Virus record (IMG/VR): IMGVR_UViG_3300020042_005850 | Span: 1 to 44,668 of that record | Reading direction: 5' to 3' (one strand) | Source of the DNA: a virus | Taxonomy: Duplodnaviria > Caudoviricetes | Length of the DNA stretch: 44,668 bases | Part shown: positions 20,601 through 30,023 of the stretch, piece after piece | Position numbering within the stretch: position 1 is the stretch's first letter | Layout: the number at the start of each line of letters is the position of its first letter | Notes under the pieces: generated by a model | Databases searched by the model: none | The model's input: the letters and a program-made list of their open reading frames with translations, nothing else | What the model was told of the DNA's origin: nothing | Made by a program: the position numbers and the translations under genes

Positions 20601-22082
20601 GAGTGTCGCCGCGTCATTGACACCTGCTGCTAGTAACTTGACCGCTGGTGATTGTTTATCGTCAACGGTGTCGAGATACAACTTAGCTTGTACCCCATCA
20701 ATGAATACGTGAGTGTTGTTATCACCGTTGGCCTGTGACATGAATTGGTGAAATGAATCAGTATCACGGCGACGCAACTCTGAGTTATTGGCATCTACCG
20801 CGATTGAATCAATGGTGGTTTGATCAGTTTGAAACTGTGATATTTCTTCATCACGCTTTTTAGCAAAGTGTTCGATGGTCTTACGCAATCCACCTACACC
20901 ACCGGCTTGAATAGAACCCGCAACCACAGTAGAACCGAGCGTGATTAATTGACGCTCAGCTTGTAACTTGATTTTTTCTTCAAGTGTAGTGGCGTTGTTC
21001 CACTCATCATCAATACCGTTCAACACTGCATTGGTAGTTTGCCCCGCTGTTGCTACTTGCTCACCTAATACTTCGGTAACGGCGTATTTTAATATTTTCT
21101 TTTTAAGATCACCACCATCGAGAGCACTACCTAATGCCTTTGTAGGAAGGTATTCAGTACCCATTTCGATAATAGAATCTACTGAACCATAGAGTAAAGC
21201 ATCGTCGTGACTCAACCCACTGCGACGACCTTCTGCGTAAGAATCACCGAAGGTAAACGTACCCGCTGATACAATCGCAGGAGTGGCGCTGCGGGTAGCT
21301 AAGGAGGCAATTAAACCAGGTGCCGATACCATTACAGACTCAACTCCACCACGTAACATTTTCTGACCCATGTTCAAGTCGCGAGGTGTGTTTTCTGAGA
21401 TCTCTTTATGAAGGGTTGCGATACGCTCATTAACTTTAGCAGTGTTCGCTATGAATTCAGGTGACGAGGTATCTTCAACACCTAGGGTTTTCGCCATTGC
21501 AATCTGTTCAGGTAATAACTTTGAGTAATCAATACCGTCACCCTCGGACGACGCTTGTATCAGACTTCTGCCGGCTAGCTCCATTCTGCGAATGAAATTA
21601 CCCCCTGAACCTTCGAATGTATTGCCGATACGGTTCTCAGTAATTACCTCGGTATCGGCTGTGAATTCAGTAACTTTTCTCAGTGCTGATTCAATCTTCT
21701 TCAACACACTAATGTCATCATGAGCAATGGATGCTTTGTTGAAGTCACTCATGAATTTACCGGTAGCTGGGTGATCTGTAAAATCCTCACTAGCCACTTT
21801 TTGAGCACGGTGATCTGCTTCGATACCTGCGGGGTCAACCTCAACATCAGCGACAGGAATGCCCGTGACTTTACTGAGGTTGTTCAGCTTGACTTGTTGA
21901 TCTGGATTTATGCGAGCAGCTTCAGATAGTACAGCACTTGCCGCGGGTTGGTCTTCAAACATGGACAAGTCGAGAGGGGAGTCGGGGGTTAATGACCCCT
22001 GTTTAGTAGTGATGCCTTGAGTCTGTTGTTCGGTGGTAGTGGGTTGGTCTTCAAACATTGACAGGTCTAAGGTATCACTCAT
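14619..22082 (-). CDS. Large internal virion (DNA ejection) polyvalent protein, 2487 aa
   Basis: Position after the tail genes; largely helical; GWFMGVDGKWRYEISD, two HExxH motifs (HELQH, HEFAH) and a GNAT-like GTGRGT segment. Confidence 0.8.
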   Translation of the reverse strand: MSDTLDLSMFEDQPTTTEQQTQGITTKQGSLTPDSPLDLSMFEDQPAASAVLSEAARINPDQQVKLNNLSKVTGIPVADVEVDPAGIEADHRAQKVASEDFTDHPATGKFMSDFNKASIAHDDISVLKKIESALRKVTEFTADTEVITENRIGNTFEGSGGNFIRRMELAGRSLIQASSEGDGIDYSKLLPEQIAMAKTLGVEDTSSPEFIANTAKVNERIATLHKEISENTPRDLNMGQKMLRGGVESVMVSAPGLIASLATRSATPAIVSAGTFTFGDSYAEGRRSGLSHDDALLYGSVDSIIEMGTEYLPTKALGSALDGGDLKKKILKYAVTEVLGEQVATAGQTTNAVLNGIDDEWNNATTLEEKIKLQAERQLITLGSTVVAGSIQAGGVGGLRKTIEHFAKKRDEEISQFQTDQTTIDSIAVDANNSELRRRDTDSFHQFMSQANGDNNTHVFIDGVQAKLYLDTVDDKQSPAVKLLAAGVNDAATLGSDVVIPIADFATHIAGTEHFTALREFMNLNGTAPSPFRLKQSQDETETYMTDMMARANENASQYVESQQIFDTVKQQLIDTGRINSKNADAMARIVPAWATVFARDNGITIQQAYEQSGLVIQGPQTGEAARMGAELDALNQSFSTAMDSVKSLGEVVKEGKPDSVLGESVVLKFDNAQVQASIREDENNIYLTSIAAKKLDDLAEVATGTGRGTSVINQLKKYADQTGKRLAVVDSTKSAKSYYEKISYLKQDDVTLDFDGEAYTPPISFTYTPATPSKFNQFVGVNAQGVPMAELDRAKHMREQGLGNNAIQRDTGWFMGVDGKWRYEISDHEAEWSIKPSEIPEHRHLVRSSARELFDESFGSLDENQREQVIELVEIKVKKYNTVGGVLNHSALFKAYPSLRNINLVFEKMPDNENGYYDAKTNTIAINNSKSESEQLSTLMHELQHAIQELEDFARGGNDGKPFTDSVKAVLQRLDADMTNKLDTWDYRNQWKFKTVDKAAELSRNALMYQSYKRLIEYSTRDKPSGVFRNILNESQWIYDDKFRGNREANDLQRKFYDIPRSGPKRQEAARDIAFSIGAFLKSQIPEAQITMFENDTRTMAGMIKALSREASKAKELLKPRQELLGKAKRAAVVASSVRFKTPHDIYLALGGEIEARITQARLKLTPEQRRVRSIATDADVPMSEAIVVMGGMELAVPEALSKSAPESFAQKSRGYYEPANSLIRLTEASNLSTFMHEFAHFMYETELKSNGKKVEGIHNWFKRNAVDVAKEANEIIAKEQPDFTRPPLVVTPSDVTLYLDNGTTGDTDIDSALRITTHEQFARGWEAYLMEGKAPSIEMRNVFRTFARWFVEIYKSIKGLNVKLDDEMRKVFDTMIATEEQIKMAEARARFAPMFTDAAAAGMTEAEFTAYNERVEKVKGASTETLRDKLIAQITRTKKQAWKDEKQDLIDTELTVLKALPVYKSIDTLRNGDFKLDHATVKELYGTEKTDARGITSTRIPSALTNMTAKGATGVHPDEAAAFFGYGSGAEMIDAITKAKPIGEAAADRAEVIMLDRHGDILNDGSIEKEADDAVQNEERGRLILAELKILSRGQRSIDREIIRGLAEETIGKLSYRQIHPNKYRNAEIKAAMEAASMFAKGNMEGAAAAKARQVMNYFLGMEAVAAQNNITKIVDTMGRYNKKEVREEIMKAENGYWEQIVKILERFEFRKSATLTSVEQHNQDINTWAAERMGLDGDGLVLSPVVLNELYKDHWKNVKYNDIQGVSDSVKNIEHVARYSNKMVRMGEEITFKKLVNKLVDHWSALPARFKSQRTTVVEDKNYGRWAMGQMTKIPYLASWLDGGERVGLTHSVFVQVFNDAKHAEVALWKQIGNDVMKAIENRSNADKKRHNAKVFIEEIKDDKNDGNLMGHQILAVALNTGNAGNLRKMLLGEGWANPENDAEISFNNHKLQAVLKHMTKSDWQLVQLIWDRMDQLYPQLAEVHRRTTGLTPPKVEATPVVTPFGTFSGGYYPMKYDPNRSHKAELNDERLNANTESMFSTTGSIQSSVNASATNERTKYYAPVRLSLDVVPNHFQEVIHFITHHDAVREVNKLIRNKSIAESIKAKMGPEEFAQLKPWLNDIAKDGGETKTKTFIERAFGKLRLGTTLGVMGFKATTGLLQTSGIFNTMGEAGAANTIQAIRTILAGPDSIKGAWEFASANSKTLSHRAQSFDREIQNVLSTLQNKSGKLANLQTVSMLHIAYIQLYMVDLPSWYAGYLKAMKEHGDEQRAYQYGDWMVEQIQGSGLTKDMAALFRNQSEIHRSLTMFMTFFSSLWNIERDIVKGTQSGRYNAIDLAAKGLFFFTLPVLFEMLLRGKFDDEDDEEVIAQKLALQLALFPIQSIPFVRDLANAGATDFDYSMSPVASLVAKGIEGTTGIASSVWEGEDVSARDIKNVTKLAAAWIGIPGTGQAWNSGEHIYNVLAEGEELTFRELVIGPVKKQ

Positions 22083-23728
22083 TATTTAGTCTCTTTAAGT
22101 GCTGCCTCCCTCGCGGTGGCATTGTTTTTGAATTTCAGAAGGTTTTCAGTTGTCACCAGCTTACCATTCTTTTTCAAAAATGCCGAGTAAGCATCAATTT
22201 CATCTTGAGGTAAATCTTTTAACCTAACATCATTTGTACCCCACAAATTACCAGGTGTAACAACTGACCGTGAGAAGTCACTCAATACCTTGCGATATTC
22301 ATCATCACTCAGAAATGATTTACCTGTTTCCTTCATTTTACTTTCGAGCATCGCGTCAACAGTACGATTCATTGCATTAAATTTAATAGTTTCATTACCC
22401 GCCTTCGGATTACGAATACCGGTGAGTTCGCTGATCCTATCCTTTTTCTGTTGATCGCGGGTAGTCATACCATCGGCTTGACCCTTACGTGCGGCAAGCA
22501 CTGCGGTAGTGAGTTTCTCACGGTGAGCTGAGTCGAGTTGACCTGCATACTCGGACGGGTTCACCATTGCTAACCTATCAAGTGGTTGACTAACCAGTTT
22601 GAAGTATGTGTCATAATCATTGACTACACCTTTACCAGCGGCAAGTGCTTGCTGCTGTACTGCTGACATCTTTTGCCACCCGCTAGGGTTATTTGATTTG
22701 TATTGTTCAATAGTACCACCTCCACCAGTAAATTTGAGCGCATCATCAAAAATCTTAGCGGTTTGCTCAGTCTCAGCCTGTTTCACCATGTTGAGTTGAT
22801 ACATTGATTCCTTCATCACACTATTGCGTAACTTAGGGTCAGTGATCTTATTCACTTCCTCCATTAATGCACTGCGAGCATCATCACGACCAGAGAACTG
22901 AGCTACTAAACTATTGGATTGAATAACTGCTTGATCTGCCTCACTCTTGATCTGCTCAGTTTTTTGCTTAGCTTCAATCTGTTGTTGGAGTTTTACTAAT
23001 TCAGGACCCTCTAACGAAGGTTTATATTTTTCAAGTAATGCTGTTGCCTCAGTTGAACTTTTCTGCATAGCAGCTTGTACAGCCATCGATGTAAAAGATG
23101 ACTCATAGTTCTGCAACTCTTCATTGGTAGCAGCTAACGAGCCATCGCTTCTTCTCAATGCTTTATCTTGCACACTTTGACGACCCATTTCTCGCTGTAC
23201 CGAGAGCTTCTTTTCGTCATTCCAATATAGTGCAGCATTCTCAATAGAATTAGTCACCTGTGCTTCAGCGGTACTCACTTCCCATGCTTTAAGGCCTTTA
23301 GCACTGTGTTGCATTATGTCCTGTTGTGCGGCAGTGATGTGACGGTCAGCAACACGACTAAATGACTGTTTACCATCCGCTGTTTTCAGTGAGTCACCAT
23401 ACGTGCGTTTCAATTCATCAAGCTTCTTATTAACTTCAGGTGCTTGGTTGAGTGAGTCTTGACCTACGGTATTGAAGTACCCATTTTTAGGATCGAAAAA
23501 TAAGGCGTTCTTATCACGTTCAAACAGGGTGACAGCCTGTTCAGCTTCAGTATCAGATATCTTTTTCTGTATCGTTTGGTACTGCTTATAAGCAGTACCC
23601 GCAGTATCAGCTAGTGCAGCAACTTGGTTACCGCTAAACGCCATCGCAGGTACATTATCCGAAGCCATTGGTGCCCGTGTAATCTGAGTTTCAACCTTTG
23701 ACCCACCGTACTGTTCCACCTTTAACAT
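22082..23728 (-). CDS. Putative internal virion / ejection protein
   Basis: 548 aa, helical and Gln/Ala-rich; synteny with T7 gp15-like genes. Confidence 0.65.
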   Translation of the reverse strand: MLKVEQYGGSKVETQITRAPMASDNVPAMAFSGNQVAALADTAGTAYKQYQTIQKKISDTEAEQAVTLFERDKNALFFDPKNGYFNTVGQDSLNQAPEVNKKLDELKRTYGDSLKTADGKQSFSRVADRHITAAQQDIMQHSAKGLKAWEVSTAEAQVTNSIENAALYWNDEKKLSVQREMGRQSVQDKALRRSDGSLAATNEELQNYESSFTSMAVQAAMQKSSTEATALLEKYKPSLEGPELVKLQQQIEAKQKTEQIKSEADQAVIQSNSLVAQFSGRDDARSALMEEVNKITDPKLRNSVMKESMYQLNMVKQAETEQTAKIFDDALKFTGGGGTIEQYKSNNPSGWQKMSAVQQQALAAGKGVVNDYDTYFKLVSQPLDRLAMVNPSEYAGQLDSAHREKLTTAVLAARKGQADGMTTRDQQKKDRISELTGIRNPKAGNETIKFNAMNRTVDAMLESKMKETGKSFLSDDEYRKVLSDFSRSVVTPGNLWGTNDVRLKDLPQDEIDAYSAFLKKNGKLVTTENLLKFKNNATAREAALKETK

Positions 23729-24273
23729 TATGCATACCCTCCATATTTTTGAGTAGCCTGTTCACCGGTCATTGTTGTAGTACTATTACCTATTTTAGCT
23801 GCACTAGTTGGTGTATACCATGAGTCATACAATTTACCAGCACCAGCTAGTATAGAGTTACCAAATGCGCGGTTACCTGCACTTTGAGCGTATGCGCCCT
23901 CAGATAACACCAAGTTAGCTTTATCACTTAACGCATTCGCAGCATCCCCATAGTTAGAGCGAATTCGTAGTGCGTCAACTTCACCCATAGTCGCTGCATC
24001 AGTTTGCATTTGGAGTGGTGACCCTGAATTAATATCGATACCGCTTGCGCCGATTGTAGCAGTTTGTTGCGATATTAATTGCTGTACTTTTTCGCGGTGC
24101 GCATTTTCTTCCTCGGTACCTTTATTGCGGGTCTGAGTAGCTTCATTTTCTAAGTTTCTAGCATTATATTTTGCAACATTATTTTTAAACTTACCTTCTT
24201 GTTGTTGTGAGTAGCCTTCAGATACTGCTGCTACTGCTGCAATTACATAGGGGATTACTGCCGGGCTACACAT
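23728..24273 (-). CDS. Putative small internal virion protein (T7 gp14-like)
   Basis: MC.P hydrophobic N-terminus; GASGIDINSGSPL motif; synteny. Confidence 0.7.
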   Translation of the reverse strand: MCSPAVIPYVIAAVAAVSEGYSQQQEGKFKNNVAKYNARNLENEATQTRNKGTEEENAHREKVQQLISQQTATIGASGIDINSGSPLQMQTDAATMGEVDALRIRSNYGDAANALSDKANLVLSEGAYAQSAGNRAFGNSILAGAGKLYDSWYTPTSAAKIGNSTTTMTGEQATQKYGGYA

Positions 24274-24738
24274 TTAAACACCTCTTGAAAATTGTATAAA
24301 CAGTTCACCATTGACACCATACGGCAGCGGTTCGCCAAAACTAAACCCCATCGATGACAACCACCGTATGCTTTTTATATTATCACAATGCACCCAGTTA
24401 GAAAGTCGGGGACATAACTGCAACATTTCATCAACTCCACTTCGAGTGTGTTCTATGAAACTTCGGCGGTGTTTAAATATCAAATCTGTACCTAATAACC
24501 ATGGTACACCATTGCCCGTTAATATGTTTTCAACAACTAACCCAAATACCGCACATGGTTCATCATTGATTAATGCTACTGAACATAAATTAGACCGGCT
24601 GATACCATTGGTCAATGCTTCGATGGGGGTGTGACCATGAGAGTAGCGGACCTCTAACCGGTCCGCTACTCTCATATTAGCTGCGACAAACTCAATTAAG
24701 TCAGTCGTCGGTTTAACAAACTTAACTAATGTCGACAT
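24274..24738 (-). CDS. T7 gp13-like (DUF2833, acetyltransferase-fold) virion assembly protein
   Basis: MRVADRLEV, PWLLGT, NWVH.DN..SIRWL..MGF. Start reassigned to ATG 24738. Confidence 0.75.
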   Translation of the reverse strand: MSTLVKFVKPTTDLIEFVAANMRVADRLEVRYSHGHTPIEALTNGISRSNLCSVALINDEPCAVFGLVVENILTGNGVPWLLGTDLIFKHRRSFIEHTRSGVDEMLQLCPRLSNWVHCDNIKSIRWLSSMGFSFGEPLPYGVNGELFIQFSRGV

Positions 24739-27016
24739 CAGGCATAATCGCGAGTATTGAAAGTGGGAAGGGTGCACGTTGCTCAATTCTAACGCCGCCG
24801 TTGCGACCCCATTGTGGCTCAATTATAACTGATTGTTTAAAGGTTCTTAGCGGAATTGGTTCATAACCATCAGTATCAAAACGGGGTTTAATTTCAGTCA
24901 TATTACCCGCAGTATCATTATCCATTATGGGACCAATCCACCCTCCGCGTGATTTTTCAACCTCAATAGTAACAAGTGCAATCGACTTATCACTATTTCT
25001 ACTATTCCCATTTTGACTGTTGACGTCTACATTTAATGTTTCAATAACTGGAGTATAAGGTAACCCAATAGATATTTTACTCGCTGCTCTTGGCAAGGTT
25101 ATTGCATTAGAGGTAACTACTAAATGTTTCACCTCTACACCATCCGCAACTACTGCAACAGCTTTACCATTGATATGATCTAACCCAGTTATAGTAGTCG
25201 TTGCAGCACCATTATAAAAAATACCGCAGTCAACAGCATACACGTCACTCGATGAAGTAGTTATCCGCGATTCAAATCGTTCTACGTATCGAGTTACTAC
25301 CCCACCAATTGTACGTTTAACAGTACAGTACAGTGCATCAATATCACCCTCTGCAATAACCGCGACTGACTCAAACTCACCGTCGGTTGTATGGTGGTGC
25401 CACGCCCATACTTGGTGCTCTCGCTGATATGTTAAACCGAGTAACACACCGTCGTCACGTACTGCCCATAAGATACCGTATGGCTCTTGAGAGTACGCCA
25501 GTTCACTGATTGTATACCCTTCAAATAAATGTTCAGCCATAATTGATAAGTCACTGCCACTATATTTATCGCTAGCAAACTCATACTTAATATCACGGAA
25601 CCTTGAGCCTTTTTCTTGAATAAATACCACTGTGTCATTGATTACTTGTGGCTGTACGTGTGATGAACCGTTATACGACTGGGTGCGCACTGCAATAGTA
25701 GAAGGAGTTAATACTTGGTCTTGACCCTCAGTTACTTTGTACTCAGCACCACTAGTTAACAGTATCAGTGAGTCAAGTGACACAATGTGACGCACCTCGT
25801 TCACTTGTCTGTTCTTAATGGTGAACGTGATCGCGTCGTCTGCTCGTGAGGGTACTGACGTGCGTAGTGAATTGTAATAACCAACTTGAGTAGTGAATAC
25901 GGTTTGTGGTTCATTTATTGTGTTTGCAAAAACTTGTCGCTGCTGATAGTAACCTACGGTGGACGGGTAGTTGCCAGTACCAGTAAACGGCTGTCTATCT
26001 TGTGGGGGTGCGTCAGACGTTACAGGCGCCACATTAAAATCAGTAAATGACGTGGTAGAAGTATCGCCAACCCATCCGTATACACCGGTGTTATCTGAAG
26101 GGTCTTTATAGACACGATAATACTCAGCACCAGTGATTGCAGTCCACAGTAACGCCACGCCTGCGGTCGATGTTAATGATGGTGTAGTAATCGAATTCTT
26201 GACACTTGCGACTGACTCTGACCCATCACTTGCCACACTGGTCACAACATAATGATATGCCTTGTTATAAGTACCAGCACCAGTACCCACGGCAACTATG
26301 GACCCCTGATAAGTCGCAGTAGATGGTCCACTGAACGCACCCAGAGCTGTAGCATCGACACCATCTAATGTAAAGTGATCAACATCCACTACGGTAATTA
26401 CGTACAGTCCTGATATGCCGACAATACCACCCGTAATATCCACCGTTGCACCGTTGGGGAACCCATGCGCAGTACATTCTACTGAAGCGGGGTTTGTGTT
26501 CGTGATATTGGTAATGGTTTTGGTCGAATCCACAACGAACGCGGGCGGTAGTATCGTTGGTGCAAAATTGATATAGGCGTGAGTCCACGCGGCATGACCC
26601 GTGCGACTAATTGTCGCCGGTGCGTAGTTAGGGTGAACAATCGTCATCACATCTGCATCTTGAGTGAATGCCAACTGCGGTAAATCAGCCTCAGTGTACG
26701 GTGTCGATATTTGATATGCACTCGGACCACTAAGTACAAAACCACCATCTTTCACCACGCGCATTGTCAAGTGTTCAAATACTAATATGTAATTTTGAGT
26801 GGTATTGAAGCTGAACGGTATTAGTCGCGCCTTCTTAGTAGGTGATGCAAGATACCCCACAAACTTAGTACCAGGGCGAGTGTACGCGCCACCTTGTGAC
26901 CTGATAATGAAGTTTTCACATAGTGCCAAGCTACTCGCGTATCGGGCTAGGTCAGCACGGCTACGCATCGCCGGTGATAGTTCACCGCCTGTGAAACTAC
27001 GCTGAATACTCTGCAT
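24722..27016 (-). CDS. Tail tubular protein B (nozzle)
   Basis: SFTGGELSP, RPGT, YPS.V.YYQQR and AWH.H.T.G motifs. Confidence 0.88.
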   Translation of the reverse strand: MQSIQRSFTGGELSPAMRSRADLARYASSLALCENFIIRSQGGAYTRPGTKFVGYLASPTKKARLIPFSFNTTQNYILVFEHLTMRVVKDGGFVLSGPSAYQISTPYTEADLPQLAFTQDADVMTIVHPNYAPATISRTGHAAWTHAYINFAPTILPPAFVVDSTKTITNITNTNPASVECTAHGFPNGATVDITGGIVGISGLYVITVVDVDHFTLDGVDATALGAFSGPSTATYQGSIVAVGTGAGTYNKAYHYVVTSVASDGSESVASVKNSITTPSLTSTAGVALLWTAITGAEYYRVYKDPSDNTGVYGWVGDTSTTSFTDFNVAPVTSDAPPQDRQPFTGTGNYPSTVGYYQQRQVFANTINEPQTVFTTQVGYYNSLRTSVPSRADDAITFTIKNRQVNEVRHIVSLDSLILLTSGAEYKVTEGQDQVLTPSTIAVRTQSYNGSSHVQPQVINDTVVFIQEKGSRFRDIKYEFASDKYSGSDLSIMAEHLFEGYTISELAYSQEPYGILWAVRDDGVLLGLTYQREHQVWAWHHHTTDGEFESVAVIAEGDIDALYCTVKRTIGGVVTRYVERFESRITTSSSDVYAVDCGIFYNGAATTTITGLDHINGKAVAVVADGVEVKHLVVTSNAITLPRAASKISIGLPYTPVIETLNVDVNSQNGNSRNSDKSIALVTIEVEKSRGGWIGPIMDNDTAGNMTEIKPRFDTDGYEPIPLRTFKQSVIIEPQWGRNGGVRIEQRAPFPLSILAIMPDVDIS

Positions 27017-27660
27017 TAGTTTCTCACTGTCACAAATTGACTATCGGGTACGGTCATGAATTGTTCATTCATTGTGTTCATCATTGCTGATCGAATATAC
27101 GCATTGTATTGGTGTAGTGAATCTGATTTGTACTTTCGACCCTCTGCTGAGCCTGCAATAGGTACGGCCAACTCAGACGATAGTAAATGAGATAGTGCCA
27201 ACACATATAGGTTACTGAATAAATTAGGGTCAGTAATACGGGTGGTGTATTCAATACGTAGGTCTGAGTAATTAGACGCAATTACACGATTACCATCTAC
27301 GTTCACTATCTGGTAGGGTACTGGCGTTTGGGTGTTAATTACAGGTAAATTTGTACCATAAAACTGAGTGTCAGTACGATTCACAGTTTCCCAATTTATG
27401 ATAAGTCGTTTGATTTTTAAACAATCAGTTGGGTACTGATAAGCATTCATCCAGTTAAAAACGGTAGTGTTAGTGAGTAATGCAAGTGATTCAATTTTTG
27501 TTGCGAATTGCCACGGCGCACTTTCTAATACCGTGTCGCGTAAAATTGGATATAACAATTTGCACTGTTGCGCTTGAATACTTGCTTCAGTAAGTGCATT
27601 GATACTCCCACCGCGGATATGCGAGAGCGCAAGATTACAAATTGTTACTTCACTAGTCAT
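27016..27660 (-). CDS. Tail tubular protein A (adaptor/gatekeeper)
   Basis: ICNLALSHI, W.FA and YQYP.DCL motifs. Confidence 0.85.
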   Translation of the reverse strand: MTSEVTICNLALSHIRGGSINALTEASIQAQQCKLLYPILRDTVLESAPWQFATKIESLALLTNTTVFNWMNAYQYPTDCLKIKRLIINWETVNRTDTQFYGTNLPVINTQTPVPYQIVNVDGNRVIASNYSDLRIEYTTRITDPNLFSNLYVLALSHLLSSELAVPIAGSAEGRKYKSDSLHQYNAYIRSAMMNTMNEQFMTVPDSQFVTVRN

Positions 27661-27959
27661 TATTTTCCACCATACATTCTGTCGACACGATCCGCTGCAT
27701 TATCAGCTTTCATTTCAATCATAGTAAACTGAACTGAAACACAATTTTCAACACCCTCACCGTCGTCATAGCTTGATGTAGCTGTTGCAACAACAATACC
27801 GCGTACCATGAATTCTTGACCAACAGTAACCGCACCTAGGTTTAATGATTCTAATAAATCATCTTCTAACCGTAGCTGCGTACCGTATGGGTAAGTTGGC
27901 TCCTCGGTCATTGACATGCAACCTTCAGGTAGTTCTTTTTTAACTTCCACGGCACTCAT
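27660..27959 (-). CDS. Small virion protein (capsid staple-like)
   Basis: YPYG..LRL motif; position downstream of the capsid genes. Confidence 0.5.
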   Translation of the reverse strand: MSAVEVKKELPEGCMSMTEEPTYPYGTQLRLEDDLLESLNLGAVTVGQEFMVRGIVVATATSSYDDGEGVENCVSVQFTMIEMKADNAADRVDRMYGGK

Positions 27960-28234
27960 TACAGTGTCTCAACTGCGTTAGACAACGACGGGGGATTTTG
28001 GAAAGTTACAGCGGCAATGTCGCGTTTGTTCTGGTCGTCAAACTCTTTCATTGAGAGTTCATCACTTAACCGTTGTGCTTTTTCAGCTGGTGTTTCTGTC
28101 TTTACTTTTACTGATTTCAACCAAGAAGGCACTGGTGATAACGGTTTATCGGTAGTTAAAACACGGCGCTTACCTTGTGGATCATACATATTACCATTGT
28201 AAAATCCCGTTGTGATTACTTCATATGTTGGCAT
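27959..28234 (-). CDS. Hypothetical structural-region protein
   Basis: ORF coupled to its neighbours, with an RBS. Confidence 0.7.
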   Translation of the reverse strand: MPTYEVITTGFYNGNMYDPQGKRRVLTTDKPLSPVPSWLKSVKVKTETPAEKAQRLSDELSMKEFDDQNKRDIAAVTFQNPPSLSNAVETL

Positions 28235-28235
28235 G

Positions 28236-28487
28236 CTATTTACCTTTGAATAAATTGATAACCTTATCGACTATGGTTACTTTCGGCACTGCCACTTCAA
28301 CTGGTGGGGGTGTAGGTGCGCTTCTAATGAACCTAAATAATACACTAGGTTCGGGTTCAATAACAGAGGGGATACTAATCATCGATGATGGTATATATTC
28401 AAGTGGTGCGTCAGTAGTAATAATGTCACCGTTATAATAATAGCGGTTATTATAAAAACATTCACGAGTGAACTGATACTGGTACAT
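28236..28487 (-). CDS. Hypothetical structural-region protein
   Basis: GGAG RBS; N-terminus resembles that of the adjacent ORF (Y.....FYN...Y). Confidence 0.65.
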   Translation of the reverse strand: MYQYQFTRECFYNNRYYYNGDIITTDAPLEYIPSSMISIPSVIEPEPSVLFRFIRSAPTPPPVEVAVPKVTIVDKVINLFKGK

Positions 28488-28499
28488 ATTCTACTCCAA

Positions 28500-28525
28500 T
28501 AAAAAACGGGCACTAAAGCCCGTTT
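28500..28525 (-). terminator. Rho-independent terminator after the capsid/cement genes
   Basis: AAACGGGC-6 nt-GCCCGTTT with a T-tract on the minus strand. Confidence 0.8.
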
Positions 28526-28544
28526 AATATTACACCAAAACTGG

Positions 28545-28976
28545 TTATGCACCAGTAATGTTAGTTTGGTTACCCATCGAAATACCCGATGTAAATTTGC
28601 CCAGTGTAGGGCTTGAACCCGTCACAGTATAACGAACACCTAGATAACGTGAAGCAATACCATTTGGTAAAACTTGAGCAAACAATTGTTTACCCACGGT
28701 CAATGCTGCTAACAAGATTGTTTCACTGTAAACAATTGTACCGAGTGAAGTAGTTGCACCTGTTTCAATAGTTACGGTCAAACTTGTCAATGTGTTGAAT
28801 GCTTCAGTGACCTGTACCAAAATCGGTACAAGATTACCCTTACCTACATCCTGTTTCAATGCTGCTCGACCACCATACGGTGTATCAGCAAGACCAAGGT
28901 CAATCACGTTTGTTGAGATTGCTGTAGCAGTGATAGCTTGGTCATCGCTAAAAAGTTGCTGTGCTGAAAGAATCAT
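28545..28976 (-). CDS. Capsid cement protein (BPP-1 Bbp16-like)
   Basis: MIL....LFSD.QAITATA.STNVIDLG...RYL...YTV; directly after the major capsid gene. Confidence 0.82.
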   Translation of the reverse strand: MILSAQQLFSDDQAITATAISTNVIDLGLADTPYGGRAALKQDVGKGNLVPILVQVTEAFNTLTSLTVTIETGATTSLGTIVYSETILLAALTVGKQLFAQVLPNGIASRYLGVRYTVTGSSPTLGKFTSGISMGNQTNITGA

Positions 28977-29010
28977 GTAACTTCCCCTTTATGAGAAATA
29001 AAACGAGTGG

Positions 29011-30009
29011 TTAAACCACTCGTGCTTCAGTGTTGAGGATAGCATCCGATTCGCGAATCGGAATACCGCGATAAGTCATTACCTCTTTACCTTCAATTTC
29101 GGTAGGTTTAAGGCGAATGAACGAATCAGTTGAACCCGCGTTAGTCGCTAAACCATCGAGTGCTTCTAACACATCACGATTACAATAAATCGCTAACTTA
29201 CCACCCGCTACACGGCGTGATTGCAATTTATAATACGCTTTACGTAAGAAGTCATACAGCTTCACAGTACCCGCTTGAATATTTGACACGTCAATATTCG
29301 CAACACGAGCCACGTAACGCCAGTCTTTTACTGCTAAACCTACGTTCCAGCGAAACAATTCTTCTTTAGCGTAGTAAGCGTTACCACCGGCGTCGGTTAC
29401 ACGTTGCGAACCTTTGTCTTCACGACTCACACCAGCCATGGTGCCTTTTGGGTACAACAACGAGCATTGGTTTTCACCCCATGAAATGAACCAGATCGAA
29501 GTGTTATCAGAGCCAGTACCACCAGCGTCAATAATTTGGTTACCGTTGGTCGCAGCCAGTGAGTTAAAACGTGGTGCAAAACCCATAAACTCTTCAGGAT
29601 CTGACGCACTATTACCATAAAACACTTTGGCACAAACGGCTTGACTCATCGCTTCTAAATAACTCATCGCTTCAGAAAGTCGAACCGCACCTTCATTAGC
29701 CGAGATTGCCAATAGGCGTTCGTCAACAGTGCTCAAACCTTCAACAAAACCAGTGGTGTCTTCAACTTGTGCTGTACGGGATTTGCCTTGTGGGATACCT
29801 TGGTACATTTTACCCCACGTAACAGTCGGTAAACCGGTACGTACAGTGTGCAAGTGAGTGGTACCTTTGTTGCATTCTACAGCGATTGCATCGTCGAGAA
29901 TGGGGTTCATTTCTTTCAGCATTTCAATTACTTCAACATACTGACCTGAACCATCTTGTAGCTTGTAGACATCAATTAAGTCTACGAATGTAGCGCCTAG
30001 AGTTGCCAT
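29011..30009 (-). CDS. Major capsid protein (BPP-1 Bbp17-like)
   Basis: 332 aa; N.ILDD, RTGLP, FYGN, TSIW...WG and GIPIR..DAI.NTE motifs. Confidence 0.9.
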   Translation of the reverse strand: MATLGATFVDLIDVYKLQDGSGQYVEVIEMLKEMNPILDDAIAVECNKGTTHLHTVRTGLPTVTWGKMYQGIPQGKSRTAQVEDTTGFVEGLSTVDERLLAISANEGAVRLSEAMSYLEAMSQAVCAKVFYGNSASDPEEFMGFAPRFNSLAATNGNQIIDAGGTGSDNTSIWFISWGENQCSLLYPKGTMAGVSREDKGSQRVTDAGGNAYYAKEELFRWNVGLAVKDWRYVARVANIDVSNIQAGTVKLYDFLRKAYYKLQSRRVAGGKLAIYCNRDVLEALDGLATNAGSTDSFIRLKPTEIEGKEVMTYRGIPIRESDAILNTEARVV

Positions 30010-30023
30010 AATTTAAAACCTCA